From: the human T2T-CHM13v2.0 reference genome, Homo sapiens
Strand: one strand, 5' to 3'
DNA length: 64,000 nt
Assembly (NCBI RefSeq): GCF_009914755.1
Contig: NC_060941.1
In this document: piece after piece, positions 25,669 through 42,209 of the stretch
Position numbering within the stretch: position 1 is the stretch's first letter
How the letters are laid out: each line of letters opens with the position of its first letter
Program-made: the position numbers and the translations under genes
Notes under the pieces: generated by a model
The model's database searches: none
What the model was told of the DNA's origin: nothing
Seen by the model: only the letters and a program-made list of their open reading frames with translations

Positions 25669-27489
25669 AAAATACCAGTGCCTTGAAAACGGGACTATAA
25701 AAGATCTCTACTTTTGCTACTACCTTCTGGCTCCTCCAGAATGCTGCCCTTTCTAGTCTGTAGTGCCAAAGCCTGGTGTCATGGCTAAACCCTGCACACC
25801 AAAGCATTGTCACTGTTCACATCTTCTGCACTTACCAGGTCACAAATACATAAGAACCTGCTATCATATGTTGTGGCCAAACTTGGTCATACTCTTCTTC
25901 TCACTGCCATTAGTGAAGACAATTGTCTTTCCCCTGTAGTTCTTCAAGGGAAAGACAGGATGACACCTTCCTTGGTGTTACACTTGATTAAGAATGGTTT
26001 ATTCCAGATTGGTTTTTTGGGGGGTTGGGGGGCATCATATTTCTTTATATGCACTCAGTTCCCTAGGGATTGCAGCTGGTTGAGCAGCAGAGGGTTCAGC
26101 AGCTGCTGCCTCCTCAGTGTAGCTCTCTCAAATTTACTTCTGTGTCAATAACTTAACTCAGTGCAGGGACTGCCCTGACAGCCCTAACTCTTCCAAGCAT
26201 GCAGTATTATTTATCTCAGAAGTGTTGTTTACCCTGACTTTGCATGTGAATCTTGGTTAGAAAAACCTGAGTCCATTTAGAAAGTCTTGCTGGTAAAACA
26301 GATAAGAGTTTGTATTCTTCTTCCCTTGATTTCCTCATGACATTTGCCTATTCCCTTCTCAGCCACCTTCAAGCTTTACCTAACAATAATTTATCTTTAT
26401 GAAGAAAAAATGTGCTATCTCACCACACAGCACAGAAACTCACATATGCATTAGTTTATATCTAAAAAAGACACAGACATAAACCTAAAGAAGGTTGTAC
26501 TTCCTTGGGGAAAACAAAATCTGGATAAATATTTATAAAACAACGTGATGCAGTATAGGAAATTGGGCCATAACAAAACAGTATGTTGAAAGCTTGTGGA
26601 AATAATGCCTGAAAAAAATTCAGTAAAACACAAGACTTAACTGATTATCTTTATTTGTATTGGACCATTTCAAATAGATTGTCTGGGAAAAGCACTGAGC
26701 ATGGAGTTAGAAAGTTTTTAGTCTTCCAAATCAAATTAGGAAATAGTGTGCCCCCCTTTATTTTTGCAGATACTTTCAAAATTGAAATTGTCTACCTCTA
26801 CAGAAATGAAAGCCATCACAGATTATCCTGTCTCAGCAACTTTTACTGGAAAGTTGCCCAGACCTGGATAATATCAGTTCTTGTATTTTCCTTTATAAGA
26901 AAAAAAAAACTATATAGCTCAATACAAACTTTCCCTGAAGAACAGAATTATTGTATTTCAGCGACAATCTGTTATTGTGCTGTTTTCTGAATAAGTTGAT
27001 TAGAAATGAGTTGAATAAAATTCAAGGGATCCTAAGTTCTACATCCTCTCCGTATTGGTCTCTTGTGTTTACAAAGCCATGTGTGAGTTAACTAACCCCC
27101 TAAAAAATGTTTGACTTGTACTGCCTTTCTGGTCTTTGAATGGTGAGAATGAAGTGAGCCACTTACAAATGACTCTACAAGTTAAAACTTCTAGGAATTC
27201 TTTCAGCCTTCAAAGGTCAGCGTTCAAATTTCCCAGTACATTTCAAATATTAGAAAAGGACTTACCAGCAGTGCTACATATTTTTGCTCGAAAACTGTAG
27301 CTAAAATTAAATTACATTAAACTCACATAAAATAAGTGAAAAAAGGAGGAAGAGAGAGAGATAAAGAAGACCCTCAATAAGTGTCATTTTGGAGGTGAGA
27401 AGTATATGGCATAGAGCAACAGCTGGAGTTATGTCCATTTAAACCAAGTTATTTCTGTTTCCATTGCCTGCCCTTTTTATTTAACAATC

Positions 27490-27870
27490 ATCAATGTGGC
27501 AGTTACTATATCCAGATTCTGTTCTAAACACTTAACAAATATTAAGTTATCTGAGGTAGTTACAGTCATAATCTCCATTTTACAGTTGTGGAAATCGAGG
27601 AACAAAATATGTCCAGGAAGCAGAGCTGGGATTCAAATCTACGGATGTGAATGCTGTAGTCAAGGTCTTACCCACTATACCGTAGTGTTTCATTCCTGTA
27701 GGTGGGATGTTTCAATCACAGCTATGTTCCAGAATGACCTGGGGTTTTTGTTTTATTTTTTTAAAGTAAAGATCTCTGGTCCCAATTCAGATCAATGAAG
27801 TCAGAATCTATGGAGGGTAGGCCAGGGTATGGGCATATTTCCAAAACTCTGCAGTTAGTTTCTAGTTCTA
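27490..27870. mobile_element. MIR fragment (minus) followed by a MER5-like fragment
   Basis: ctccattttacagttgtggaaatcgagg...gagctgggattcaaatc, then gaagtcagaatctatggagggtaggccagg. Confidence 0.55.
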
Positions 27871-27871
27871 A

Positions 27872-28206
<335 letters not shown>

Positions 28207-28224
28207 CCCAGATTATTTATTTTT

Positions 28225-28460
28225 AATATTTTTTAGTTATTAGAGGTACATAATGTGTATATATTCATGGGGTGCATGTGATGTTGTGATACAGGCATAC
28301 AATGTGTAAAAACCACATCAGAGTAATTGGGGTATCCATCATCTCAAGTATTTGTCATATTTTTTGTGTTAGAAACATTCTGATTCCACTCTTTGTGTTA
28401 TGTAAAAATGTACAATAAATTATTGCTGACCATAATCACCTGTTGTGCTACCAGATAGAA
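28225..28460 (-). mobile_element. L1MA2/3-like 3' end
   Basis: Reverse complement homologous to 19330-19570 (gatacaggcatacaatgtgt...ggggtatccatc). Confidence 0.85.
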
Positions 28461-28479
28461 CCTCTGTGCTCCAGGAAGC

Positions 28480-28745
28480 TTCAGCAAAGCATAATGGACA
28501 AGAGCAAGGGCTGTGTAACCAGATGATCCTGGGTTCAAATTGTAGTCATTTCCCCTATTGGAGTGTTAACTATGAGGAAGTTACCTTGCTTTCTGTGTCT
28601 TGGTTTCCTCACCCATCAACTGAGAAGAATAATAATTATGGAAATAAAACATCATACCTACTTGATGAGATTACTGTGGGTTCATATTAATACTCTTTCA
28701 GTATGTTTACTGGCATGTGTTAAAAATTTAATAGTTGTTAGCTTA
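28480..28745 (+). mobile_element. MIR
   Basis: cctgggttcaaat...gaagttacctt...tctgtgtcttggtttcctc core. Confidence 0.65.
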
Positions 28746-29219
28746 AAAGAACCTTTTGCATTGTTGTCAGGGAAATGAATGGATTAGGAGAAGATCTGAG
28801 CTGGAATAATTTGATAAGTTATGATATGTTGATGAGCAAGGTGCTGCTTATTTTCTTTTTTACATTTTGTTTCACAGCTTTTAGGATATTTAAAGTCATT
28901 CCTGAAATGCAAACTTAAAAGGTCTGTGAATGTTGCACATAACAATTATAAAAATGTCTAAAACTAACATTTGTTGAGTATAATTTGTATGTGCCAAGCA
29001 TTGGCTAAGCAGCTGACATACATTATCCAGTTAAATATTTATACTGTATCTATGAAATAGTTCTATTTTTCCCAGTTTTGCCAAAAGGGAAATCAAGACT
29101 TATAGATAATGTGTTTCTCAGCATCAGATAGTGGTTTCTTTCCTCTCCTGCTCTGTCCCCAGCAACTATAACACATTTCAGGCTTATCTCATAACAATGT
29201 CTTAGTTCTATAACCAATG

Positions 29220-29615
29220 CCTGGATTAGTCAGCATTTGCCACTGTTATGCTGCATAACAAAAAAATCTCAAATAATAATTATATTTTGTTTTTGTTTTA
29301 TTTATGCAATTGAGGCTTGGCTTTAGTGCATCTGAATTGGTTGCAGTTGGCTGAGTTTAGCGGCAAGCCAAGAATAGCTTCACAGGAGCTTCATATGTCT
29401 CTCACTCTTTTGGGCCTATAGATTATTCAGTGCATGTTCTTACAAGCACAGAAGAAGTGGAAAAGGAGTGAGTACAGACCTGCAATGAGTTAGGGAATTT
29501 GGACCCAAGCTGGCCCACTGTCACTTCTACTCACAATTGATTCAACATTGGTGAGCAGAGATGTAATCTCTGCCTCTAGCAAGAGGAACTGCAAAGTCAT
29601 ATCAAAAAAGGCAGA
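29220..29615 (-). mobile_element. Old MaLR LTR (MLT1H/J-like)
   Basis: attagtcagc...atgctgcataacaaa...ctggcccactgtcacttctactcac...gaggaactgcaaagtcat. Confidence 0.6.
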
Positions 29616-29620
29616 GACAG

Positions 29621-29921
29621 GGCCAGGCATAGTGGCTCATGCCTGTAATTCTAGCGCTTTGGGAGGCAGAGGTGGGAGGATCACCTTAGGTCAGGAGTTC
29701 GAGACCGGCCTGGCCAACATGGTGAAACACGTCTCTACTAAAAATACAAAAATTAGCTGGGCATGATGTCATGCACCTGTAATCCCAGCTACTTGGGAGG
29801 CTGAGATAGGAGAATAGCTTGAACCCGGGAGGCTGAGGTTGCAGTTACCCTAGATCACACCATTGCACTCCAGCCTGGGCAACAGATTGCGACTCCACCT
29901 CAAAAAAAAAAAAAAAAAAAA
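29621..29921 (+). mobile_element. AluS
   Basis: Full Alu with A21 tail. Confidence 0.95.
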
Positions 29922-30022
29922 TGGCTGAGAAGCCGAGTGGTAATGAATGGCCAAAATTTCATTCACTTTGTAAGTGACATATCTAATCATTGAAATGGAA
30001 ATATCTCTTATTACACAACTGA

Positions 30023-30339
<317 letters not shown>

Positions 30340-30761
30340 TGTGAAATTCTTTTATTGAGAACCTAGGTCTGATAATTTTGAAAGGCTGAGAAAAATGAAA
30401 AAATAAAATCTCATGGCCTTTTTTTCTCCTTGATCTACTAAAGTTAAAATTAATAATCTTATTACTTTTAACTAATTTATTGAATGCCCAAATTCTGGAG
30501 AATTGTCATTTGGTAATTCACATGATTACCTATCTACATTAGGACAAATTTACTCACATTAGGCAGAAGCAATTCTACACGCACATATATACTCTTACTT
30601 TGAAGACTACAGTCATGATAGGCTATTTCCATTTCTATTTTAAACTTTGTAACCACCAGTGTTATAAGCTCTACTTACATTTTGAAAATCAAGCTTGCAT
30701 TATTCAATTCATAGAGGTAGATCACTCTACCTGCTTCTTACGTTATGTCAGTGGAGATATA

Positions 30762-31071
30762 CAGTCTGCCCTCCATATCTGTGGATTCCATATCCTTGGA
30801 TTCAACAACCAGAGATAGAAAGTATTTGGGAGGAAAAGAAAGTCCAATTTCCAAGAAGCAAAACTTGAATTTGCTGTTGAATCCTCATGAATGAAGTAAT
30901 GTGTAGGCATTGCATTAGGTATTACAAATCATCTAAAGATGACTTAAAGAAGATGTGTGTAGGTAATATGCAAATACTATGCCATTTCATATAAGAGACT
31001 TGAAAATCTTCAGATTTTGGTATGGGGAGTGATCCTGGAACAAATCCCCTATGGATTCTGATGGATAACTA
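30762..31071. mobile_element. MER2-like (TcMar-Tigger) DNA transposon
   Basis: TA-flanked cagtctgccctccatatctgtgg start; internal tatgcaaatactatgccattt; end cctggaacaaatcccctatggattctgatggataact. Confidence 0.85.
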
Positions 31072-31387
31072 TATTTCTTTTTCATTTTTATATATACCCT
31101 AATACATGTACAAATATGTCGGAAAATGTTTACAGAAGAAAAGCAAGTTAGCTCTAAATGAATGGTCAAAGTAAAACTTCGATATTTTTAAAGAAAATTA
31201 TAAACAAGAGTGACATATATATAATCCTTAATTAAATAGGGAAATAAATCTGGTAAAATGGTGGAGAAAACATTGCAGCTCAAAACCTGATCTTATTGTT
31301 TCCAATTAACAAAGTAATAGTTCTTTGGTAAGTTGCTTTATTCCTTATTTTGCATATATGCCATTCTCAAAATTTAGGAGATTTTGA

Positions 31388-31857
<470 letters not shown>

Positions 31858-32639
31858 AAAAATTTCTTTTCCATAATGATTCTTCCTCTTTAAATGTAAC
31901 TTCTTATGTATTGAAAAGTTGGATTTAAGACCCAACATCTGAAGCTCTATAGCTTTCCAAATTAGTAAAAAGCTGAGCAAGAATAGTGTTTTTAAATCTC
32001 CACAAAAGAATCAATCATTCTAGTAATAAATGTCAAACTCTCTAGTCTTTAATTCTTGTAAGAGAAGATTATTTGATGCTAGAATTTACTAGATAATCTG
32101 ATAGAGTTTTTATGTGTGACTGACTCAATTAATCCTTATTACAAACTCACAGCTTTATACTAAAGAATCATCCATAAAGAAACTTCTTAACGGAGAAAAG
32201 GCATGGCTAGGCCATGACTGATTTAGACAAAATTTTCATGTTGGTATTGATCCATTATTTTTTTCATGAAGGAAAAACAGGCACATCATTCTAATTTGAG
32301 ATCAGGGACACTCACATTGGCTTCTGCTTGATACTTAGATTAAATTATTCTCCTACCTTATGAAACAGAATTTGTTTGATAGTTCAACAAAAATAGAGTT
32401 GGGAAGACAATGAAAGTAAAATTAAATTGAAGAATGGTTGAGATAGTTCTTATTTCATTTCTGCAAATGATTTTGGACAAATGGAAAGAAACTTGGAAAC
32501 TGTACACTGTCACTTTGCAAGAGATCTCATAGAGGAGTGCTTGATTTAGATTCTATGGGATATGACTCTTTAAACACCAGTGCTCTTAAAATGCCACGGA
32601 ATATTTATAGATATTATTAGAATAAAACTATATATGTAT

Positions 32640-35600
32640 TTTAACTTTCTATTGTAGAAAATTTAAAATATTTATGAAAGGGTAGGCACTAGTACAGTGA
32701 ACCCTTATGTACATTTAATTCATGCTCTATTTTGTTTCATATCTACTCCCAATCACTTCTGAGCACAGATATTTTAGACAAACCTGAGACATCATATTTA
32801 TCCAGAAACATGAACTTACAGACATCAATATCACTCATAAATATATTTGTAGATATTTTTCAAAGGTAAGGGTTCTCATTAATATAATCACAATACTTGT
32901 AATAGCTAACATACTTATTGTCATTAACATAAGGATAACTTCTTAATATCATCAAGTACCCAGTCAGTATTCAAAATTTTTAAATTGTCACACACACACA
33001 CACACACACACACCCTTTATTTTAAACACAATTCAGGAAGGTCTATTTATAATGATTAGTTGAGATTTCTCAAGTGTCTTTTAATTTATGAGTTCATCCT
33101 CCGTGATTTATTGTCTTATTTGTAATTGATTTATTGATGAAACTGAGTTTGTTCCACAGTTTTCCATAAACTGGATTGTGCTGATTGCATTACTGTGATG
33201 TCAATGAATGGTTTTATTTGTTCTCTACATTTCCTGTAAATTGGTATTTAGATCTTGAGGCTTAAGGCTTGATCAGATTTTGGGTTGACTCTGGGTTGAC
33301 TCTTTTTTCTCTTTCTCTCTTTCAAAAATACTTTCATTAGGAGAGACATGATGTCTGGCCCTTCTTTGTATGATACAAGCAGCCATTGGTGATCATTGCC
33401 TAGCTCTACTTTTCCACTAGGGAAAATTGTGCTTGTCTGATACAATCATGCTTTCATCATCTATTAAGTCAAATAGTTCTCTAAGAAAACCCCCCACTCT
33501 TCAACATCATGGGTACCTCACTTATGGATTTTATGGAAAATCAAGGTAAAAAGTTTTTTTTTTTTTACTTTTATTTACTGGTTTTCAAAATAAGTCACTT
33601 TCCTAGAATCCTCCGAAGATGTGCCTTCTAGATTTTTTCTTTTATTTCTATCACTGTTTACTCAAGAATTTAAACACAGTTTATATATTTCAGTTTAGTG
33701 CAGTTATTGTCAATTTCAATGATCGAAATGACTCAGCTTTGGCCAAGTGGAGCTGTAATTTACTCCTGTATACTTTTAACTCCACAGAAAATAATACTTG
33801 AAAGGTTTCTTGTCTTCTATATGACAAAAGATACTTAATGTGCATCTCCTGCATTTTCTGCCTTAGACCTAATGTTAAATATTTGCAAGGTTTCCTGGTT
33901 CCTTTTACCATTAAATAAAAGTTGGAGACAAAATCATGGTTAAATATTGCCAGTGGGTCAGTCATTGTTCCTGTGACTTTTCAGTGGATATAGATGGGTT
34001 ACATGCATTTTTATTTCCAGTTAAAGGCTTCGTAAATTTATATTGATATTTCTCATTCAAACTCTGTATCAAGGTTATTACTTAACCTCTTCCATCTTCC
34101 ATCTTTATTTCATTTCTTCCATCCCAAAATCACAGTTGTCAAAAGTGCCAGAAGAATTATTCATTTCTTTTAGCCATAAGGTACACACTATTGTCTCAGA
34201 ATAAAAATAATACCACTCACAACAATATGACTGAGAATTTAAAATACTTCTTGCACTTGCTTTTGTCCTTATCAGCATATACCCCTTATGAAATACCTCA
34301 TTTGATATATACAGTCAAATTATGGTGTTTTATGAGCATTTGGAATTGTTCCTCTTTAATGATTATGACACCAACTTGATTCACAATTCATACACCTGTT
34401 TGGTTTTGCTTCTGTTTTTTAGGAATTTTGTGAAAAGCTAATTCTGTTTTGAAATTATGGAAAATGCACCTAATTTCAAGGAAGATCTATATAACAACAT
34501 ACATATTGAGAGGAGTTTGGTTTCTATAGCTGTTCTGGTTGCCCTGTTGCCTTTCTTTCCTTATACATAAAAAGTTTGTTTTAATATTACATTTAACGTT
34601 ACTATTTTGTAATGTTTTCTGCAACTATCTCTGTACCATCTCTTTACACACAAACATACAGCACAAACATATATATGTTTATATTATATTTTTAAATGGT
34701 AAAATATTACATACACTTGCCTCAATCTCTTTTTCACTTAGCCTTACATGCTGAATATCATTTACTTTATTGTACACAGAGATATCTCATTTAATTTTTC
34801 CAGCTTGATTTTCTCATAATTGCATTTCATGGATATTTCATAGTTTAGTCAATGAGTCCCCTGTAGGTGGACATTTGGGATGTTTTGAGTATTTTGTTAC
34901 TATAACTATTGGTTCATTAAATTGCCTTTGCATAATTTTGCCTGAATAATTTTTTAATATATGGCCAATTCCTCTCCATAAGACTAGTAACAGCTTACAT
35001 TCCCAATAGCAATATCTGAGAATTCATTTTCTTAAGCTTTGTCAACTAAGTCAATTATCAAACTTTTGAGTTTTTGCTAATCTGAGATGGGAGAAATCTA
35101 TCTCAGTGAAGTATTAATTTACATCTATCTTATTATAAATGAGGTTTAGCATATTTTATATGTGTAAGTTCGATTTGCATTTCTTCTATGAAGGTTTTAT
35201 TAAGATTCCCAGCACATTCTCTCTAAGTACTTGATAATTTTCCTTCCATTTTTAAAAGCTGTTAGACTATTGTAAATGTTATTTGTAATACAAATAAGCA
35301 TTTTCTGCAGTTTGCTGTTTTAACTTGCTTCTGATGTTTCTGCTGTGCAGTTTCTTTTTTCAGTTTTATGCAATTAAATGTCTGTAGCTGTTTTCTTTTT
35401 AGTTATTTTGTAATTAATAAATAAAATTATATGTATTTGTCATGTACATGATGTTTTGAAATATATATACATTGTGTAATGACTAAATCTAGCTAATTTA
35501 TATATACAATACACAGTTAATACACATAGTTAATGTTTTTCTGGTGGGAACACTTAACATCCACTGTCTTAGCATTTTTCAAGTACAACATAGTGACCAT

Positions 35601-35750
35601 AGTAATTAACAATATATTGCATTCAGTTTTCTTTTGGCTTTTCAATTCTGTGTCATAGTTACTAAAGTTACCTCAATCCCTGATTATGAAAAACCACTCA
35701 TGTACAAAGGTTGATTTTATGAATACTTGACCTCTTATTTTATACGATGA
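32640..35750 (-). mobile_element. Degenerate old L1 (L1MC/L1ME) block, with an L1MA 3' fragment at approx. 35400-35610
   Basis: T-rich L1M-like motifs (gtggacatttgggatgtttt, cattcccaatagcaat, atgttttgaaatatatatacattgtg). Confidence 0.65.
32989..33013. repeat. (CA)n microsatellite
   Basis: About 12 CA units. Confidence 0.93.
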
Positions 35751-36850
35751 ACTTATTGGGAAGAGCATAAAGAGGATATTATATCTAAATTTCTTTCCTG
35801 TATCTGCTACCAACCAGCTCTGTGAGCCTCAACATACTGCCAAAATAAACTGAGACCTCTAAAGTTGGATTAACTATTAGCTGTCACCACAGATTATTAT
35901 TAGGGTAAATTGAGAATATATTTCAGAGATGACTTCCTAGGCACAGTAAGTTTGTATAAAAATGTTTATTTTGAATTTTTACATATGATTTTCTTATATA
36001 AAATCATTTTCTGGATTAGGCTCTTCCAAAGGTAAGATTGAGTTTTGGCTCAAAATTTAACTTATCACACTATAAATCAAAGCTTATTCCTTTATCACCA
36101 CTGAATTTCTACCTTTCAGCTCTTCAGTAACAAAAAGTCAGTATCTGTTTTTTTTTAGAATAAATTAGTTTTAAGTAACAATTAAACAATTATTCTCTTT
36201 TCAGTATCTCAGTACATACAACTACTTGTTCTTCTTGGAAACATCATACTTTTTCTCACCCCTAGACATTCATTAATTTATTCAAAACTTTTCTTGAATC
36301 TCCCTTTTGTCCAGGGACCCAGAGCTCTGCTGCACCCAGAGCTCACCATTTCTACCATCATATTTAGCCCTTGATGCTTCCTCTGCTGAAATGTACAATG
36401 CTTGTCCTGCCTTGCAAAACACTATTTGGTAATTTTCAGTCTCTACCTGTTATCTCTATTCAATCCACGATGTTCCACCAAATAAAGCCGTTTCCAACAC
36501 CAAAAATTAAAAAAGAAATTAACCTTTTATTGATTTATAACCTATTACAAAAAACTACAAAATTCAAATATATAGAGTCAAATGAATGTTCAGAGTTGAC
36601 AAAGCTGTGTAATCAACCAAATAATAGACCATTACCAACACCTGAAACTTTTCCACGTATGCTCATGCCAGATGAATACGTTTCACAAAAGTAACCATTA
36701 TCCAACATCAAAAGACCTTAGATTGTCTTGCTTTCCACTTTTTTTTTTTTGCTTTTGCTTTTTGAAGTTTATATAAGTAAAATCTCATAGCATGTGCTTT
36801 TGTTTCTGGATTATTTTCCAGTATCATATTGTTGATTCATATTTGTTTCT

Positions 36851-37030
36851 AGCCTGGGCAACATGGTGAAACCTCATCTCTATAAAACATTAGTCGGGCT
36901 TGGTGGCATGTGCCTGTAGTACCAGCTACTCAGTAGGCTGAGGTGAGAGCCTAGGAGGTCAAGGCTGCACTAAGCCATGTTCTAAGCCACTGCACTACAG
37001 CCTGGGTGACAGAGCAAGACCCTGTCCACA
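36851..37030 (+). mobile_element. 5'-truncated AluJ, within old L1ME-like sequence
   Basis: agcctgggcaacatggtg...ggaggtcaaggctgca...gcaagaccctgtc. Confidence 0.85.
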
Positions 37031-37589
37031 TATATATACACACATACATATTGTATATCTGTGTATGTGTATACATATTTATTTTCTTTCTCTTCTTATT
37101 GATTAGTAGGAATTATTTATTCTGGACATGAATCAACCACTTGTCCATGTATGAACGTATATGCTCCCACACTGTGGCTTCCATTTTCACTTTCTTCATT
37201 GTGTCAATCTTTTCATTTAGATATTTTACAATATTTTCTTCTTGAAACTTGTTACATTTAAACTTGACATCCATGTGAAATTTTATTTTTGGAAATTAAA
37301 TTTGATTTTGTTTATTGTGTGAGGATTTTTAACAGAAGAGAAATCTCTGTAAAAAGGCAAAATTGTAACGACACAATCTGCCGTGCACGCTTGGCCCTTC
37401 CACTCTACTACCTACCATCTCCCATTTAGGACCCAGCTGCAGAAGATAATAGAAGTCTTGGAATTTATCCCCACATGAAGGATGTGGCTTACACAGCTTA
37501 CATTAACTATAGTATTAATGACTCCTGGTCTTCTACAACCCAGCAAATTTGCTTGATGACCAGAGTTTTCAGAGTTAATAAGATTAATT

Positions 37590-37830
37590 ATAAGTGACAT
37601 TTATGATTCATTTATATATGTTAGAAAGTGATCCAAACAATTTACAGATACTAACCAATCTTTTTTAACAATTCTTTGAGATAGGTACTACTATATCCAT
37701 TTTACAGATAAGGCATTGAGTGATTAAGTAATTTTCAATAGTCTCACATCTGATATGTGTGAAAACGGAGATGTGATTGTATGATATGGACTAAGGCTGC
37801 CACACTCAGAGCTGTTAGCTACCAGGCAGT
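37590..37830 (-). mobile_element. MIR
   Basis: gagataggtactactatatccattttacagataaggcattgag...ttaagtaatt. Confidence 0.65.
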
Positions 37831-39016
37831 AGTTTTGTTCTTTACTACGGGTTACTTCGGAACCTTGCTTTAAAAAACTGATGCTATGCCATTTAGAGCC
37901 ATGAATAAGGTTTATCTTCCTTTTACATCATAAACTCAAAAGGATACTTTTTCCCCCTCTCAATGGATTATTTATTCCAAGCCACCTCTTAAAGAGTGAT
38001 AATTAAGTTATTTTTGGTCAATTAATCTTCCTTAGGGAGATACATTTAAACATTCAGAACTGTCTTATTTTGAGTTTGTGTTGGCCAGCACAAACTTACT
38101 TTTGCCTTTGATGCACAGTATAGTTTGGATCAAAATATTCCAACCATATTAAGCCCAGTTATTGCTTTTATTTTCAATGTAATAAACATCTTGACAACAT
38201 TCTGTAAAGAAAATACCAGCTTCACCTTTTCATCCCACCTTTGTCATTCTTTCAAACTTCAAGAATCCATTAATAAACATTATTTATGAAATAATATATA
38301 TATATCAATGAATATTTTGAAAATTCACTCAAACATCATCTCTTTTTTTCCCACTCTCTCTGACCCTACAGCCAAATTTCTCAGTTTTCAATAGCAATTT
38401 ATGCACTTTCTCTACAGTACTTATAGAGGGCTATATCACTTAACACATTGGATTACAGCTATTTCATTTACCCATTTTCAAAGGATGTATGTTAAAGACC
38501 AGGGCTGCCACCAGGCCACTAAAGCATGTTTGTCTGCAGGCAGGTTATTTTTTGCAGGGAGCTTGATTATATAAACCATTTGATTTAAAAATACATTATG
38601 AAATAATGGACCCATGTGAAGTGTACTGATTGTTGGTACATATTTAGACTCATGGGCAGAGAAAAAGTAGATATGTATTTGTTTATTGTCCCATGAAGAC
38701 TTGTAGAGGTTTTTCCTAGACTCCAGGTACCTTCTCTTCCTATTTCAATTCAAGAACCAACTCTTCATGGTTTTTTTTTATTGCCAAATGTGCTGTTCTT
38801 GCCTAATTTCATATTTTCTGCCTCTAGAAAGAGGTTGCAATTTTGTTATTACTCATAATTCCATGGCTCTTTGTGTTAATATTGAGCGAATATTGATCTT
38901 GCCTCTGCAGCTCCCTAATACCATTTATTTCAAGTCAATCACAATATTACTCATGACATTGCATCATTCTTTGGGAGTCCTGTGAAGGTTTCCAGTGACT
39001 CTCAAAAGTTGTTACT

Positions 39017-39345
39017 GGCCAGGTGTGGTGGCTCATGCCTGTAATCTCAGCACTGTGGGAGGCCAAGGCAGGAGAATCACTTGGGCTCAAGAGTCTGATA
39101 CCAGCCTGGGAGACACAGTGAGACTCTGTCTCAAAAAAAAAATTTAAAAAAATTAGCCAGGCATAGTAATGCACACCTGTGCATTGGGAAGTGCTACTAA
39201 GGAGCTAAGTAGCTACTAAGTGCTACTAGGGAGGCTAAGGTGGGAGGATTACATAATCCCAAGAGCTTGAGGTTGCAGTGAGCCATAATTGTGCCATTGC
39301 ACTCCAGCCTGGGTGACAGAGTGAGACCCTATCTCAAAAAAAAAA
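39017..39345 (+). mobile_element. AluJ with local internal duplications
   Basis: AluJ-type motifs (cacttgggctcaagag, gagaccctatctc). Confidence 0.9.
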
Positions 39346-39449
39346 TAGTTGTCATAATGCATTTCTATGCATTGTCATAAAAATATACATTTAATTAGAG
39401 AAGAAAAAAAATCCTTCTCCGGAGTACTATGTTAAAAAATGTGACTGCT

Positions 39450-39746
<297 letters not shown>

Positions 39747-39768
39747 GTGACTGCTAACAATGCAAACA

Positions 39769-40595
<827 letters not shown>

Positions 40596-41754
40596 TACAT
40601 TAGCAAAAATTTATTTTTCAGTAAACATGACCCATACTAAAATGAGGCTTCATTTTTTGTAATTTATTTTGCTTAATGTGAGTATTAATGCTCCTTACCG
40701 CACAAATACTAATGAATTTTAGTATGGGGTGCTACTCTAACTGCTGTAGGGGCATTGCCTAATATTTGGTATATGCCCCATATTTATTTTATAAATATTT
40801 ATAATAGTCTGAATTCTCAAAACCACCTATTCCCAGGGAATTTGGGTAAGAGATTATAGACCTGTATCACTTTTTTATGAAAATGAGATGCCCTAATTGC
40901 TTGGTGTAAGATCATTAAAACTTTCATATTAAAATTTATATCTAGAATATCTAAATATTTGTTTATTTGTTATAGCTAGAAGAAAAAAGGAAACACTCAA
41001 CTGGCATCTAGCCCAAAACTATTTTTTGTTCCAAAATGATTTTGAATAAAATAAGATTTATATATTATCACATTTAAAGGCACTAAAGGAGAAATGTTGC
41101 AGTTATTTTGGTGAGATATTTTGCTGAGATTATATGGCCATACACTAAACTTATTCCTAATGAATATCAATGATTATTGTCCCCTTCAGCAAGTATTGGT
41201 CTCCACTTCACATTAGTCAATATTTACCCACTCATTTAATAGAGTTTGATATTTGTCTCCAGAGTAATCAATATCTATTTAATATTTAAAGAAGGAACAA
41301 AAGAAGTAAAGAGTACATACAAAAGATGTTTTTCTGAATTATTCATCTCCTATGAAACCGTTTGTATTTAACTTAGTTTTTCCATATTTATCATTAATTT
41401 TTAAATTGTATCTCATTATATTGAACTCCCTAAATTTTCCAAACCTTTAGTCTTGTTTGGGATTTTGCCATACCTAATATTTATTGTAGGGAGCAGGAAA
41501 TAGACACCTTCAATGTCCAGGATATTGACACTCAAAAAAGCAAAATTTTTTGTTAACCATAGTTAATAAACTCTAATTAAAAGTGGAAATATTGATGATT
41601 ACCATTATTGTCAATAATGACCACTAATACCGAAGACAAATTTACATAAAATGTGATTCTTCTCAGTATAAATGCGATGTTAAGCGCATAAGCGAAAGAT
41701 TGCTTTCTATATATCTTTAGTACCAATGTTGTAAATTCACAAGTTACCCACTCA

Positions 41755-41807
41755 TACACAAATGCACACACTACACATACACACACACACATACACAAAC
41801 ACACACA
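41755..41807. repeat. Imperfect (CA)n
   Basis: Interrupted CA run. Confidence 0.85.
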
Positions 41808-42209
41808 ACTTTGTTGATGTATCTTTCTAAACTTTAGAGGTTTAAACTATGGTTACTTTTTAAAACAGAGTTTAACTAAAATCTTTCAAAGAATTATTAA
41901 GTAATTAACTAAACTAGTTAATAGTTAATTAACTAAATTAACTAAATTATTAGCTATTAACTAAAATAATTCAAAGAATTATTTTTAATCAATTACTGTT
42001 CATTACTCAGGTTTAAACCAATAGCAACAGCATCATCCAACCTTACGTAACAATAGGATTTCAATCCAATAAAGCTTGATAGAATAAATACATTACTAAG
42101 AATTATTACTAAAAATTTAAGGAGGAGGGGTAGTCACTTTCATACATAAATACTTAATTTTATCAGTTCCCAAGATGATTCTCATGCATTATTTAAAATT
42201 AGAGTTATA

